Shown: piece after piece, positions 36,853 through 47,531 of the stretch | How the letters are laid out: each line of letters opens with the position of its first letter | Numbering within the stretch: the first letter of the stretch is position 1 | NCBI GenBank assembly: GCA_964035545.1 | Contig: OZ037769.1 | Location: forward strand, 15,964,633-16,028,632 | Source: Bugula neritina | Lineage: Eukaryota > Animalia > Bryozoa | DNA length: 64,000 nucleotides | Direction of reading: 5' to 3' | The notes under the pieces: model-generated | Told to the model about the DNA's origin: nothing | Databases searched by the model: none | The model's input: only the letters and a program-made list of their open reading frames with translations | Program-made: the position numbers and the translations under genes

Positions 36853-37578
36853 GTACTACAATATATATTTTATGGTAGAATATATTAGAATGCTATTTGA
36901 ATTTGAGTAATATACCTAGTTGTTGAATTATAGCTAAAATAATATGACATATACAAATTAGAGTAATGAATAAAATAATATATTACTCATCTGTAGACAT
37001 AAACAATTAGTAAATTATTATAAAAAGTGATGATGCAGGAGTTGCAGCAAATTAATTAGAACTCTGATCTACTGAATATTACAATAAAATAACTTTAATT
37101 ATTTCTATAGAAAAGTTTATTTTGAGACAGTTGCTGCTAATCAAGTTTGAAGCTAGACAACATTTCTATTGAAACAAATTTTCTTCTGCTGTGAAGATTT
37201 GGAAGAATTAAATCATATAAAATCACAAAACTGGGTATTTACAAGTATATATAGTATATGAGTTGATTCCGAATCTTTCTTTACAAACTGAATATTATAA
37301 TAATACAAATATTTAGAAAACTATAGGAATACAAACTTTTATTTTCTAATTTATAACTATTATCTATAATAGGTATATACTGAACTTACTCGTTTCAAAA
37401 TAATTTCAATTTTATTTTATTTGCTGCCTTTGAGAGTTATCTGATTAATATCTGATCACTGGAGCCTCACAAAAACTTAGCTGCAGGAAGACAGCTGCAC
37501 GTAGCTATATGGTTATACATAAAACACCGTTGGCGATTACAAAAATCATATAGTAGCTGTGCGTGTCGAAGACAGTGC

Positions 37579-38014
37579 TAGGGCCACACAACTCGATTTA
37601 CACACGCATGACATGCGAGAAAACCTGTTTAGCTCAAAAATGGGATGTTGTGTGCGAGTTTTCATGCAACTAACATGCTGAGAGAAAAGTGGGGAAGCTT
37701 GTGCGTGTTTGATCTAATTGGCTTATTGTCATTTAGCGAGCACACTTTTTTATTTTAATTTATGTTTTAGCTTTTATCGAACTAAATTAAAATTGTTTCA
37801 TATAGTTCGCATTTCCACTTTAATAATATCTAAAGTCACTTTGTCGATGATGTAGTTTTAAAAACAAAAGTCTGTAGGCGAGCAGTAAAGTTTAACGCTA
37901 ACATTATCATAGCTATTAAATTTCGGCAAACGAAACACACGCATTGTGCGTAGCATATGTCTAAACGGGTTTTCTCGTACGTCACATGTGAGTAAATCGC
38001 GTCGTGTGGCCCTA
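37579..38014. mobile_element. PIF/Harbinger-like MITE (present in both duplication copies)
   Basis: ~50-bp imperfect TIRs tagggccacac...gagaaaacc / ggttttctcg...gtgtggcccta; related copies at 55005-55447 and 61340-61687. Confidence 0.8.
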
Positions 38015-38769
38015 ACTGCACTGTACTAAAAATAAACTGCAAAGTTTGTCAGTTGCAAGTATCTCGGAGATTATACGGCTATAAACTGCAACTACATGGA
38101 GTGCAGACCAGTTTTAGGGTCTTGACAACACGTTTACAGAAAAAGATGGTGACTGTAAGAGTAGCTGCATGGAGGTTGAAACTTGTAGTCTGGGACTGCA
38201 GGGTGTTTCCTGAGCAGAGATAATCATTTTGATAACTTTCTATACAATCCGCACTACAATTTGAACTTTTACAGTTTAAATATAAACAATTCATGTTAAA
38301 CAAATATAACCTGTTTACAATGTATATACTATATTAAGTAGTTAACATGACACATGACAAGTAACTAAATGCAGAAAACAGCATATAGTAGTGAGTATAG
38401 CATATGCTAAGAATAAAAAAAGTTAATAAATTTTAAACAATATTCAGATAATGTTAACAACTCAATAAATCAGATGATGGTTATTGGAATGTAGCGTTCT
38501 AGACTAGACTGTCTCCAAAACCGTATTTGGCTTCTCACTTGCAATCATCTTGGAAACCCTGTCTTGGAGTGCGAGGAATATTGGGTAGTTGGAGGTTACC
38601 AGTTGTAGTCTCAGACTGCTAATTGGTGTTACCTCGTGATAACAGCTTTACCAACCAGTCTCCTAGTTTGAACATCTCCATTTTAAAATATAAATAATTG
38701 AAAAAAGTTAGTATGTTAACAATATTGAGCATGCGTAGTTATCAACAGAAAAAACAGATAAATGCATAA

Positions 38770-38772
<3 letters not shown>

Positions 38773-38855
<83 letters not shown>
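38773..38855. repeat. (TA)n microsatellite
   Basis: About 40 TA units here; only a short TA run at the paralogous site (~56204). Confidence 0.95.
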
Positions 38856-38859
<4 letters not shown>

Positions 38860-39274
38860 ACTGGAAATAGCTATTATATATATAGGAACATGTTAAAATT
38901 AGCAGTTGCCTTTTACATGAACTTAATACTACTAATAATCCAAGAACCAACTTCAAGTTAATGTACAGTTACTCTAAAACTGCTATAGTGTAAAAATTGA
39001 TCCTGTCAGGGTCGTGTGTACGTTTTAGTATCTCCAGATTGAAAAAGAAAACAAGTAAACGTCAAGATATAAAATTGAGTGGTAAAAGTTGATATAGTAT
39101 TAACTATATTTTATTTAATTGACTTGCATTTTTACAGTACTGCCGGTATTGATTCACCTTTCATTGTAAATGTTAAACAAATTTCAGTGTAGAGGAGTCA
39201 AAAAAATACTTTTTCCTTGAAGAGCAATTTTTGTTCTTGTAAATATAAGCAGTTGTCTTTCCTTTGTTATGTAG

Positions 39275-42200
39275 AGTCATGGAATAGCAAACCACCTGCA
39301 AACCATAGATTCACAAAACAGTCAGAGATACCAAAAAGTCTATGAAATAGAAAACAAATGGTACAAAGGAAAACATCCACTCACTTTTACAGAGCATCAA
39401 GAATTGACAAGAAAACACAAACAACAACTTAAAGAATATCGAGAGAATACAATCATTAACTTTGACAGTTTGAATAGTGATGTAGAGTTGTTGGACATAG
39501 ACAATGTGTTTAGTGATGCTAATTTAGAAATATCTAATCGGTTGTCTAATGATGTGTTTGCAAGTAGTGAGGAGTGTTCCAAAGCATTTGCAGAGTTTTC
39601 TTGTTCTATAATTAAATCAAGTAGAGAGTTGCTTAAAGGGTATCAAGTGGAGCCACCCTGTAATTTTGCTGTAGTTGCTTTGGGCTCAGTAGCTCGTGGT
39701 GAGGCAACTCCGTATTCCGACCTTGAGTACGCATTTCTCATTGAAAATGAGAATGAGAAAGATTATTTCACTCAGTTGGCTGTTGACACATATTTTAGAA
39801 TAACTAACCTCAACGAGTCCCCATTGAAAACCTTCAACATTAAAGTTGAAAACTCTCCTGACTGTCTCAGTGAGATCTGCCCTGTAGGATATAGAATAGA
39901 TGGTCTCACACCAAATGCTGGTAACATACCGACAGGAAATGGATTGGGTAGAGCTCTCACCTTCACAGTTGAACAAGCAGTGAAGCTGTACAAAGAGGAA
40001 GTGATGTCACCATCTGAGGAACTAGCCAGTCTTTCGGATCTGCTCATGACATCACAGCTGATATACTGTTCTGGTGACGGGGCACAGTTACATGACAGAT
40101 TTATGGAAGAAATAGCTACATATGAGGAAGCTACAGCTCAGAATGATCCTAAAATCAAACAGAAGAGATTGGAGAGACTTTCTCTAGATTTACAGAAGTA
40201 TGATTTTCTCCCAGAATTTGAATTTACAACTTTTGTTGGTGAAGATGTGAAGGTAAAAGAAGACATTTTCCGTTACATCACTCTGTTGGCTACTAATCTG
40301 AACATTGCTCTTTGTTTTCAACTGAACTTTCCATGGAAGGTTTATGAGGCACTTTATCAGTCCGAGATGATTTCTAAAGGAAACTTGAGATACCTTCACA
40401 TTATCCTTGGACTCTCAATATACATGAGAACTATGGCATATATCATGATGGGAACTCAAAAAGCTGAAATCTTACTGAGTACTCCAACTGCTGAAATGAA
40501 AAGTGGAAATGAAAGACACAAACATTACTATGTACCTAGAAAAATATTTGTGACATATGGATCAATACTGATTCCAATAAAGCAATCCCTCATATCAAGT
40601 ATGAACAAAGGAAATAGGCTACTGTCAGCATTCAAGGAAAAGAGTGTGAGTGAATACCTAAAATTAGTGATTCCCAGTGACTTGGTGACAGATAAACATG
40701 ATTATATGACAATTTGTGAGGTACTGTGTTATGTTAAAGACAGAAACACAGCCTTAAAGTACATATCTGCTGATTCAGGTGTTGATATCAGAAGTGTAGG
40801 GTATGAGGAGTTTGTGAAATGTATAAGATCAAAATACAGTACAAACAAGTCAGACTTTCTAGAGAAAAAGTATTTGAAAATGTGCTGTCATTTGCTGACT
40901 AACAGTACCCATTATAGTAGTGCTATCGACTACCTAAGTTGGTTAATCAGTTATGAAACAAATTGGTTTAGTATACTGCAACGTAAGAGGCTGATAGCTG
41001 ACTGTATGAACAAACTGAGTAGATATAAATCTGCTAGAAATATTCTCAATCAGATAAAGTCTACACTAGAAGAAGAGCTCATCATAGACAAGAACACATC
41101 TCTCACTGAGTACATACTAAGAAAGGTAGACACTTCTACTAAATTGCCACAGTATATGCTACATTTCTTTCAATTCACATCTGATCTCTTCCACTCACTG
41201 GGTGACACTAATATTCACTTATCAAATCTAGCTGAAGCTAAGTCTTACCTGATGCAGTCTCTTTCTATTAGCAGAGCATTGTGTGAAAAGAATGTTTTAG
41301 ATTATAGTGCAAGAAAAAACAAGATAATGGAATCAATTATTCGGAGCAGCTTAGGAACTGTGTATTCACAGGAGGGTGCATATAGCACAGCATTAGAATA
41401 TTACACAAAGTCAATAGAGATGATGAAAGCTGTTTATGGTGAACATACAAACCACTCTAATATAGCTAGCAGCTATGTTAATATTGGCAATGTACACAAA
41501 CAACTAGGTAACTATGACACAGCACTAGAATATCACACCAAGTCAATGGAGATGATGAAAGCTGTTTATGGTGAACATACAAACCACTCTAGCATAGCTA
41601 TCAGCTATAATGATATTGGTAGTGTACACAGACAACTAGGTAACTATAACACAGCATTAGAGTATTTCACCAAGTCAATGGAGATGGTGAAAGCTGTTTA
41701 TGGTGAACATACAAACCACTCTAGCATAGCTATCAGCTATAATGATATTGGTAGTGTACACATACAACTAGGTAACTATGACACAGCACTAGAATATTGC
41801 ACCAAGTCACTGGAGATGAGGAAATTTGTTTATGGTGAACATACAAACAACTCTAGTATAGCTATCAGCTATATTACTATTGGTAATGTACACAAACAAC
41901 TAGGTAACTATGACACAGCATTAGAATATTACATCAAGTCAATGGAGATGCTGAAAGCTGTTTATGGTGAACATACAAACCACTCTGATATAGCTATCAG
42001 CTATAGTAACATTGGTACTGTACACACACAACTAGGTAACTGTGACACAGCATTAGAATATCACACCAAGTCACTGGAGATGTATAAAGCTGTTTATGGT
42101 GAACATACAAACCACTCTAGTATAGCTAGCAGCTATGGTAATATTGGTGATGTACACAAACAACTAGGTAACTATGACACAGCACTAGAATATCACACCA

Positions 42201-43021
42201 AGTCAATGAAGATGGAGAAAGCTGTTTATGGTGAACATACAAACCACTCTGGTATAGCTAGCAGCTATGGTAATATTGGTAATGTACACAATCAACTAGG
42301 TAACTTTGACACAGCACTAGAATATTTCACCAAGTCAATAGAGATGAAGAAAGCTGTTTATGGTGAACATACAAACCACTCTAGTATAGCTATCAGCTAT
42401 GGTAGAATTGGTGATGTACACAGTGAACTAGGTAACTATGACACAGCACTAGAATATTACACCAAGTCAATGGAGATGATGAAAGCTGTTTATGGTGAAG
42501 GTTCAGCACATCCTGGTCTTGTAACTGTGATCTCTTCCATTATAGACATCTATTTAATATACAACAGATATGAAGACTGTCTGTCCCTTTGCTATACTCC
42601 TGTGTTGAGTAATCCATGTCTGTCCAAAGTCCTCAACAGAATATCAGCAGATTACATCAAATCATCAAACTACAGAAGAGCTGCTCAGTTTCTGCAGATT
42701 GCTATTTCTAAAGCTGCTGATCATAGCATGCAGCAGGCTGACAACTACCACCAGATGGGTAAATGTTATATGCTGATGTCATCATACAAGAAGAGTTGGT
42801 GTTGGTTGCACTCTGCTCTCTGCCTGTATCAGTCCTTCCCCAAAACCGGGAAGGCCATTTTGTCTCTTGGGCAAGTTCACCTATCTATATCCCATCTACT
42901 TCTGCACACTGGTCATGTGACTCAGTCTCTTGAATATTGTCAAAGATCTCTTGACAATTTTAACAATCTCCCTGATGTCAATACAAACTCTGCTGTCAAA
43001 TATCTGAAGAGAGATATTTGA
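39275..43021 (+). CDS. nucleotidyltransferase (Pol-beta superfamily, GlnD/GlnE/DUF294-like) - helical region - TPR array protein, copy A, large exon (9 homogeneous 44-aa repeats)
   Basis: Frame opens exactly at the tttgttatgtag| acceptor; hhhhGSxARxExxxxSDLE motif (39662-39727), GYRIDG third-carboxylate candidate, DVKVKEDIFR helical segment; kinesin-light-chain/nephrocystin-3-like TPR units 41387-42499; further degenerate TPRs at the C-terminus. Confidence 0.88.
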   Translation, partial: SHGIANHLQTIDSQNSQRYQKVYEIENKWYKGKHPLTFTEHQELTRKHKQQLKEYRENTIINFDSLNSDVELLDIDNVFSDANLEISNRLSNDVFASSEECSKAFAEFSCSIIKSSRELLKGYQVEPPCNFAVVALGSVARGEATPYSDLEYAFLIENENEKDYFTQLAVDTYFRITNLNESPLKTFNIKVENSPDCLSEICPVGYRIDGLTPNAGNIPTGNGLGRALTFTVEQAVKLYKEEVMSPSEELASLSDLLMTSQLIYCSGDGAQLHDRFMEEIATYEEATAQNDPKIKQKRLERLSLDLQKYDFLPEFEFTTFVGEDVKVKEDIFRYITLLATNLNIALCFQLNFPWKVYEALYQSEMISKGNLRYLHIILGLSIYMRTMAYIMMGTQKAEILLSTPTAEMKSGNERHKHYYVPRKIFVTYGSILIPIKQSLISSMNKGNRLLSAFKEKSVSEYLKLVIPSDLVTDKHDYMTICEVLCYVKDRNTALKYISADSGVDIRSVGYEEFVKCIRSKYSTNKSDFLEKKYLKMCCHLLTNSTHYSSAIDYLSWLISYETNWFSILQRKRLIADCMNKLSRYKSARNILNQIKSTLEEELIIDKNTSLTEYILRKVDTSTKLPQYMLHFFQFTSDLFHSLGDTNIHLSNLAEAKSYLMQSLSISRALCEKNVLDYSARKNKIMESIIRSSLGTVYSQEGAYSTALEYYTKSIEMMKAVYGEHTNHSNIASSYVNIGNVHKQLGNYDTALEYHTKSMEMMKAVYGEHTNHSSIAISYNDIGSVHRQLGNYNTALEYFTKSMEMVKAVYGEHTNHSSIAISYNDIGSVHIQLGNYDTALEYCTKSLEMRKFVYGEHTNNSSIAISYITIGNVHKQLGNYDTALEYYIKSMEMLKAVYGEHTNHSDIAISYSNIGTVHTQLGNCDTALEYHTKSLEMYKAVYGEHTNHSSIASSYGNIGDVHKQLGNYDTALEYHTKSMKMEKAVYGEHTNHSGIASSYGNIGNVHNQLGNFDTALEYFTKSIEMKKAVYGEHTNHSSIAISYGRIGDVHSELGNYDTALEYYTKSMEMMKAVYGEGSAHPGLVTVISSIIDIYLIYNRYEDCLSLCYTPVLSNPCLSKVLNRISADYIKSSNYRRAAQFLQIAISKAADHSMQQADNYHQMGKCYMLMSSYKKSWCWLHSALCLYQSFPKTGKAILSLGQVHLSISHLLLHTGHVTQSLEYCQRSLDNFNNLPDVNTNSAVKYLKRDI
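41387..42499 (+). repeat. coding tandem repeat, 132 bp (44-aa TPR), 9 TALEY units
   Basis: acagcactagaatat...aaagctgtttatggtgaacatacaaaccactct repeated at a 132-bp period. Confidence 0.95.
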
Positions 43022-44214
43022 CAACTCTCTGCAACTCTCTGACTCATTGCGTCTTATTAAAATCTTAACCAATCACTTTTAGGAAAAATGCTCACCACAC
43101 ACCTAGTCTCCAGCAAGATTTTCAAGCTAGAATTTGCTTTCCCTTGGCCGACATTTTCTTCGTTTCGTGTATCTTGTGTGGACCCTGTGTGTTGTGATGC
43201 TTTCAGCATGCCGACAGTTATGCCATCAGTTCTTTAGTTGTTGATTCTGGTTTCACACATATGTATATAGAAATATGGTACTTTCATTGCCGTAGAGTTT
43301 CATGGCTCTATTTTTACATATACATGTAGATCTTTTATAGATTAAAATTATTATAATTCTTTAGTTTCCTGTGTTGTTTTACTACTTACAATATATTTGC
43401 TATACCCTGGGAAAGCAGTTTTGGTTAGTCTTATATAACTCAAGTTTTAAACTTGATTATAGTGACATTTGTGATTGTTATTGCAACGACATGATTGATG
43501 TTATATAACTTTTTATATTATTGTATGCTTTACTGTCTTGTATATTTTACCCACAATGCATTTGGTAGTTATAATCAACTTCCTGCATGACTATGAGCTA
43601 GAAGACTTTCTTATCAAAATATTATTTACTCTTTCGGAGCTTACCTTTTTCTTTTTCCTGTTTTCTTCCATCATTTGAGTAAATTGTATCTCTAACAATA
43701 TTCTACTTATGATGCATTTTATGCCACATTTTGTTTAAAGTTAATTTTGAAATTCAGAAAGCTTTTTTAGTTTCATAAAAGTTATACTTTTTGTAATTTT
43801 TGGACTGCAATTCTAATTCATACTATCTTATTGTGTTGCAGTATGTATTAAATAGTATTAGTAAATATATCTTATGTTATGCAAACATTATTCACTACTG
43901 TATTAGTTTGAATTTAAATTTAGCTCTTCATAGCAAATGTGTGCCAAAATGTAATATCTAAACATTATCCTGAAACAAGTAACATGTTAAAACATATCTG
44001 AACAGTGTGAAGATACTTCTAGCAACAAACAAATGACCTATATATTATTATACTGTATACATACGCTGTCAACCTCAGAAACTTTCTTTTGTACTCTTCT
44101 GATATCAACATTTTTTGCCTCCAGAATAGGCTATAGAAAGAAAAATTAATAAATTTAGTTAATAAATAATAATATTAAGGTACTGCATATTTTGAGCCAC
44201 TTGCTTTAAATTAC

Positions 44215-44730
44215 AATACACTGACTATTCATATAATAATATACCCAAAGAGTATACCATACATACATTACACTGACTATTCATATAATAATATACCCAA
44301 AGAGTATACAATACATACAATACACTGACTATTTATATAATAATATACCTAAAGAGTATATAATACATACAATACACTGATTATTCATGTAATAATATAC
44401 CCAAAGAGTATACAATACATACAATACACTGACTATTTATATAATAATATACCTAAAGGGTATATAATACATGCAATACACTGATTATTCATGTAATAGT
44501 ATACCCAAAGAGTGTACAATACATACAATACATGCACTAACTATTCATATAATAATATACCCAAAGAGTATACAATACATACAATACACTGAATATTCAT
44601 ATAATAATATACCCAAAGAGTATACAATACATACAATACACTAACTATTCATATAATAATATACCCAAAGAGTATACAATACATACAATACACTGACTAT
44701 TCATATAATAATATACCCAAAGAGTATACA
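44215..44730. repeat. 52-bp minisatellite, ~10 copies
   Basis: Unit aatacactgactattcatataataatatacccaaagagtatacaatacatac; period 52 (44221 to 44273). Confidence 0.95.
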
Positions 44731-45564
44731 TATATGATAAGCTATTGAATGTAAAGAGATATATTTCTATATTACTATTAGAGAATGAGTCATGGAAACT
44801 TCTAGAAGGTCTTATGGAATCCTTACTTAGAGTCAAGTGGACAAGTATTTATAAGTTGATAAGTTATACTCTGCAGCGTACTTAAATAAGTGAGAAGATA
44901 ACTTTGAAAAGCTGTACTGACAGTCACTTTGTTCTGACAGTCAATGTGTAGTGAGTGTAACCAAGACTGTGGTGTGACTTATATAGTGACTGTTTATGCA
45001 ATGTGACTCTGTAGTGACAATTACTGTTATACATTAAAGTACATGTCAACCCTCTGAAGTTGAAGAGAAATTTGTGAATATTTCACTAGCTAACCACTAC
45101 TTATAAACTGTAAACAATGCAAAATAGGACACTTTAGACTTTGGTGAAAGTGCAAGAAACTTTATTTTGAGATCACATTTGTCTAACATATAATTAAAAC
45201 AGCAAGTAAGATTCTGCTAAAGCCATGCATTATGCCAGGATAAAAGAACTTATGTTAATGAAAATAGAAAAATATAAATTGGAACTCTACAACAAAAAAG
45301 TCTAAAAATAGAGAATATAAAAGCTGCAGATAATAAATTTAATAAAAATATAGTCTAGAAATTTAATTATAAACACAAATACAAAATATTTTGGGGTTTT
45401 ACAGTTTACATGAAATATCAGTTAATACTCGCACAAACAAAATAATGGAGTCACTACATCGTACATTAAATGACGAAAAATATATCACTTAAAGTATATT
45501 ATGCAAACAAAAGAAGATTTAAGGAAAGTAATAAAATAAACAGCTATATACATGAGCCGATAAA

Positions 45565-46532
45565 AGCTACTACACTTCAACTTCACTCTACGGCTTAGGA
45601 ATAGGATATGCTGTAGCCATCATCCTAGCAGTTGTTAGTGACTTATGTTCAGCTAATCAACTTCTGCTAATCTTTGGTATAGAGTGTTTTTCAGAAGGTT
45701 TGGGAGGTCTTGCTCTAATCCCTGTTGCTGGTAAGTCATTGATTGAAGAACTTAGCCTGTTAAAAATATTACATAGATTTGTATTATTATATATTGTATA
45801 TATTATTTGTTGTAAATTGAAAATATTATGTTGTTGCCATCAATTTGCTTTTGTTGAGTATATACATCGTATAGGCAGTAATAGTGATCTTTGGTACCTT
45901 TAGTAGCATGCATATAGAGTTGTTTGTTCTTTCACTTAGAAATAGGTTTACCCCTTATTTCGAAAACTTGGGTGTATAATGTCTATCATCGGTATGCATC
46001 TGTGTGTAACAGCTATAGTTGGCTCATGATAAAACTTAGCTTCAGCTGGTGCTCATTCAATAGATCACCGAGTAAGCTGGGGAATTGCTAGATGCAGCAC
46101 AACTCTAGCTGTTAATGAGTGCAGTGTTTGTATACACAGTGTTCAAGGTTCAACTCTGCACACTATAATAGATACTGTATTTCACCAGTGTACTTACTAA
46201 GTGACCCCCAATCTTTGTGCTGCGCCAAGCTATTTCTCAGCTGACTGCAACATTATAAGAGAATGAAGCAGAATTATCAATTTTTTGAAGATATAATATT
46301 AATTATACTTGAGCTTTATAAAGCCAAGTTGCTCGGGAAAGGTATCTTGAAAAAGCTGAGCTAATTCTAAATATTCTGTAGAAATGCAACCAACAGCAAT
46401 TCTGCCTTGGACATTGAATCACCGTGACACACAGAAGAGAAATACGGGCTCATATTTGTGGGTAGTTGTGGAGTTGTAGGAGCCCTGGCTATGCTGGCTA
46501 TAGCTGTACTAACTGCAAGAAAGAGAAGATAA
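45565..46532 (+). pseudogene. 3' fragment of an MFS transporter gene (SLC16/monocarboxylate-transporter-like last TM helices); exon pieces ~45565-45730 and ~46430-46532
   Basis: LYGLGIGYAVAIILAVVSDLCSANQLLLIFGIECFSEGLGGLALIPVA g|gtaagt, then YGLIFVGSCGVVGALAMLAIAVLTARKRR*; no upstream exons found in the window. Confidence 0.65.
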
Positions 46533-47531
46533 CTCTTAAAATAACTTACATATTAATTAGTGCACTAAACCCATAATGCACTACATGTCATTGTGTTATA
46601 TATAGTATATTCCAATAGTGTGAGATGCTCTAACTTTTATTTTTTATATTCTTAGCATTTTTAAATAACAGAAATGTTAAATCTACGTATTTTCAACTTT
46701 AAATGTTTTGTTAAGTCATCAAAATAATCCATCAACTGTACAGTTTTGCTGTGGCAGCATTTTATCTCAATATGAAGAGTATATAAGAAGCAGTTGGCTG
46801 ATTAAATAGGTCATGACTTGCTATAAGACTACCAGAATTTTGACATATTAGGACTTACTGCTATAATACGTACTGCAGAAAAGATATTATACTTATTTAT
46901 CTAGCAGTATATATATGTGTGTGTGTCTCTAACCAATAGACTTGTTAAACTGTAAACTGAAAGTCCCTTAGCATTATCTATTAACTGCAAAATGGCTACA
47001 AAGGAATTTAAAACACCATTCGCATGATGTCTCATTAAAATCTTTTAGCAATGTTTTGTGTTTATTGCTTTCTAGCTGTGCATACTATTATATACCTACT
47101 GCTATTATAAAACGGGTTTAATCTTTTAGATTACTGATTTGCGTAAATGTAAGGAATGGAATGCTTAGTTATAGGAGGTTTACCTAAAAAGTTATACATA
47201 CTTTTTGAGATGTATATTTTAAAATAATAAAGAACCCTCCCAATATTATGTTATTACGTTCTGCTGCAGTTGTTATTTAACAGTTCAAGTAAATTTTTAT
47301 TCATGATATCAAAAGAATAATATATTTGCAGCTAAAATGAATAGAAAAGCTGTATCAAATATGTGCAATTCTTCCAAAGTATTGAAATAAGAAGGAATAT
47401 AAATAATATTATACTAGCTAGGTGCATCTGTATTATTGAGTGGATAACTCCAAACTATATCAGTGTAAAATATAATAGAGCAGTTATCTCCACTTGACAC
47501 CTAATCCTCATACTACGATATCATTTAGAAT

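Larger units (their letters stand above)
35400..45560 (+). repeat. segmental duplication, copy A (boundaries approximate)
   Basis: Colinear similarity with ~50230-62370 across the 5' flank, exon, intron, MITE, large ORF, 52-bp minisatellite and 3' flank. Confidence 0.92.

Noticed and set aside
37111-37234. Possible extra exon (tttctatag|aaaag...ctgg|gtatt) in both copies
   Set aside because: Stops in all three frames and a length difference between copies
39662-39910. Calling the NTase a cGAS/OAS/Mab-21 orthologue
   Set aside because: Motif context (GSxARxE...SDLE, downstream K.K...R helix) fits the GlnD/GlnE/DUF294 branch better; no Mab-21 C-terminal features recognised; product chemistry cannot be inferred from sequence alone
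44215-44730. CRISPR-like appearance of the 52-bp, 132-bp and 22-bp arrays
   Set aside because: Head-to-tail repeats without unique spacers, no cas genes, eukaryotic context
35400-45560. Duplicated block as a Helitron or other cargo-carrying transposon
   Set aside because: No Rep/helicase, no terminal hairpin-CTAG, TIR or TSD found at the approximate boundaries
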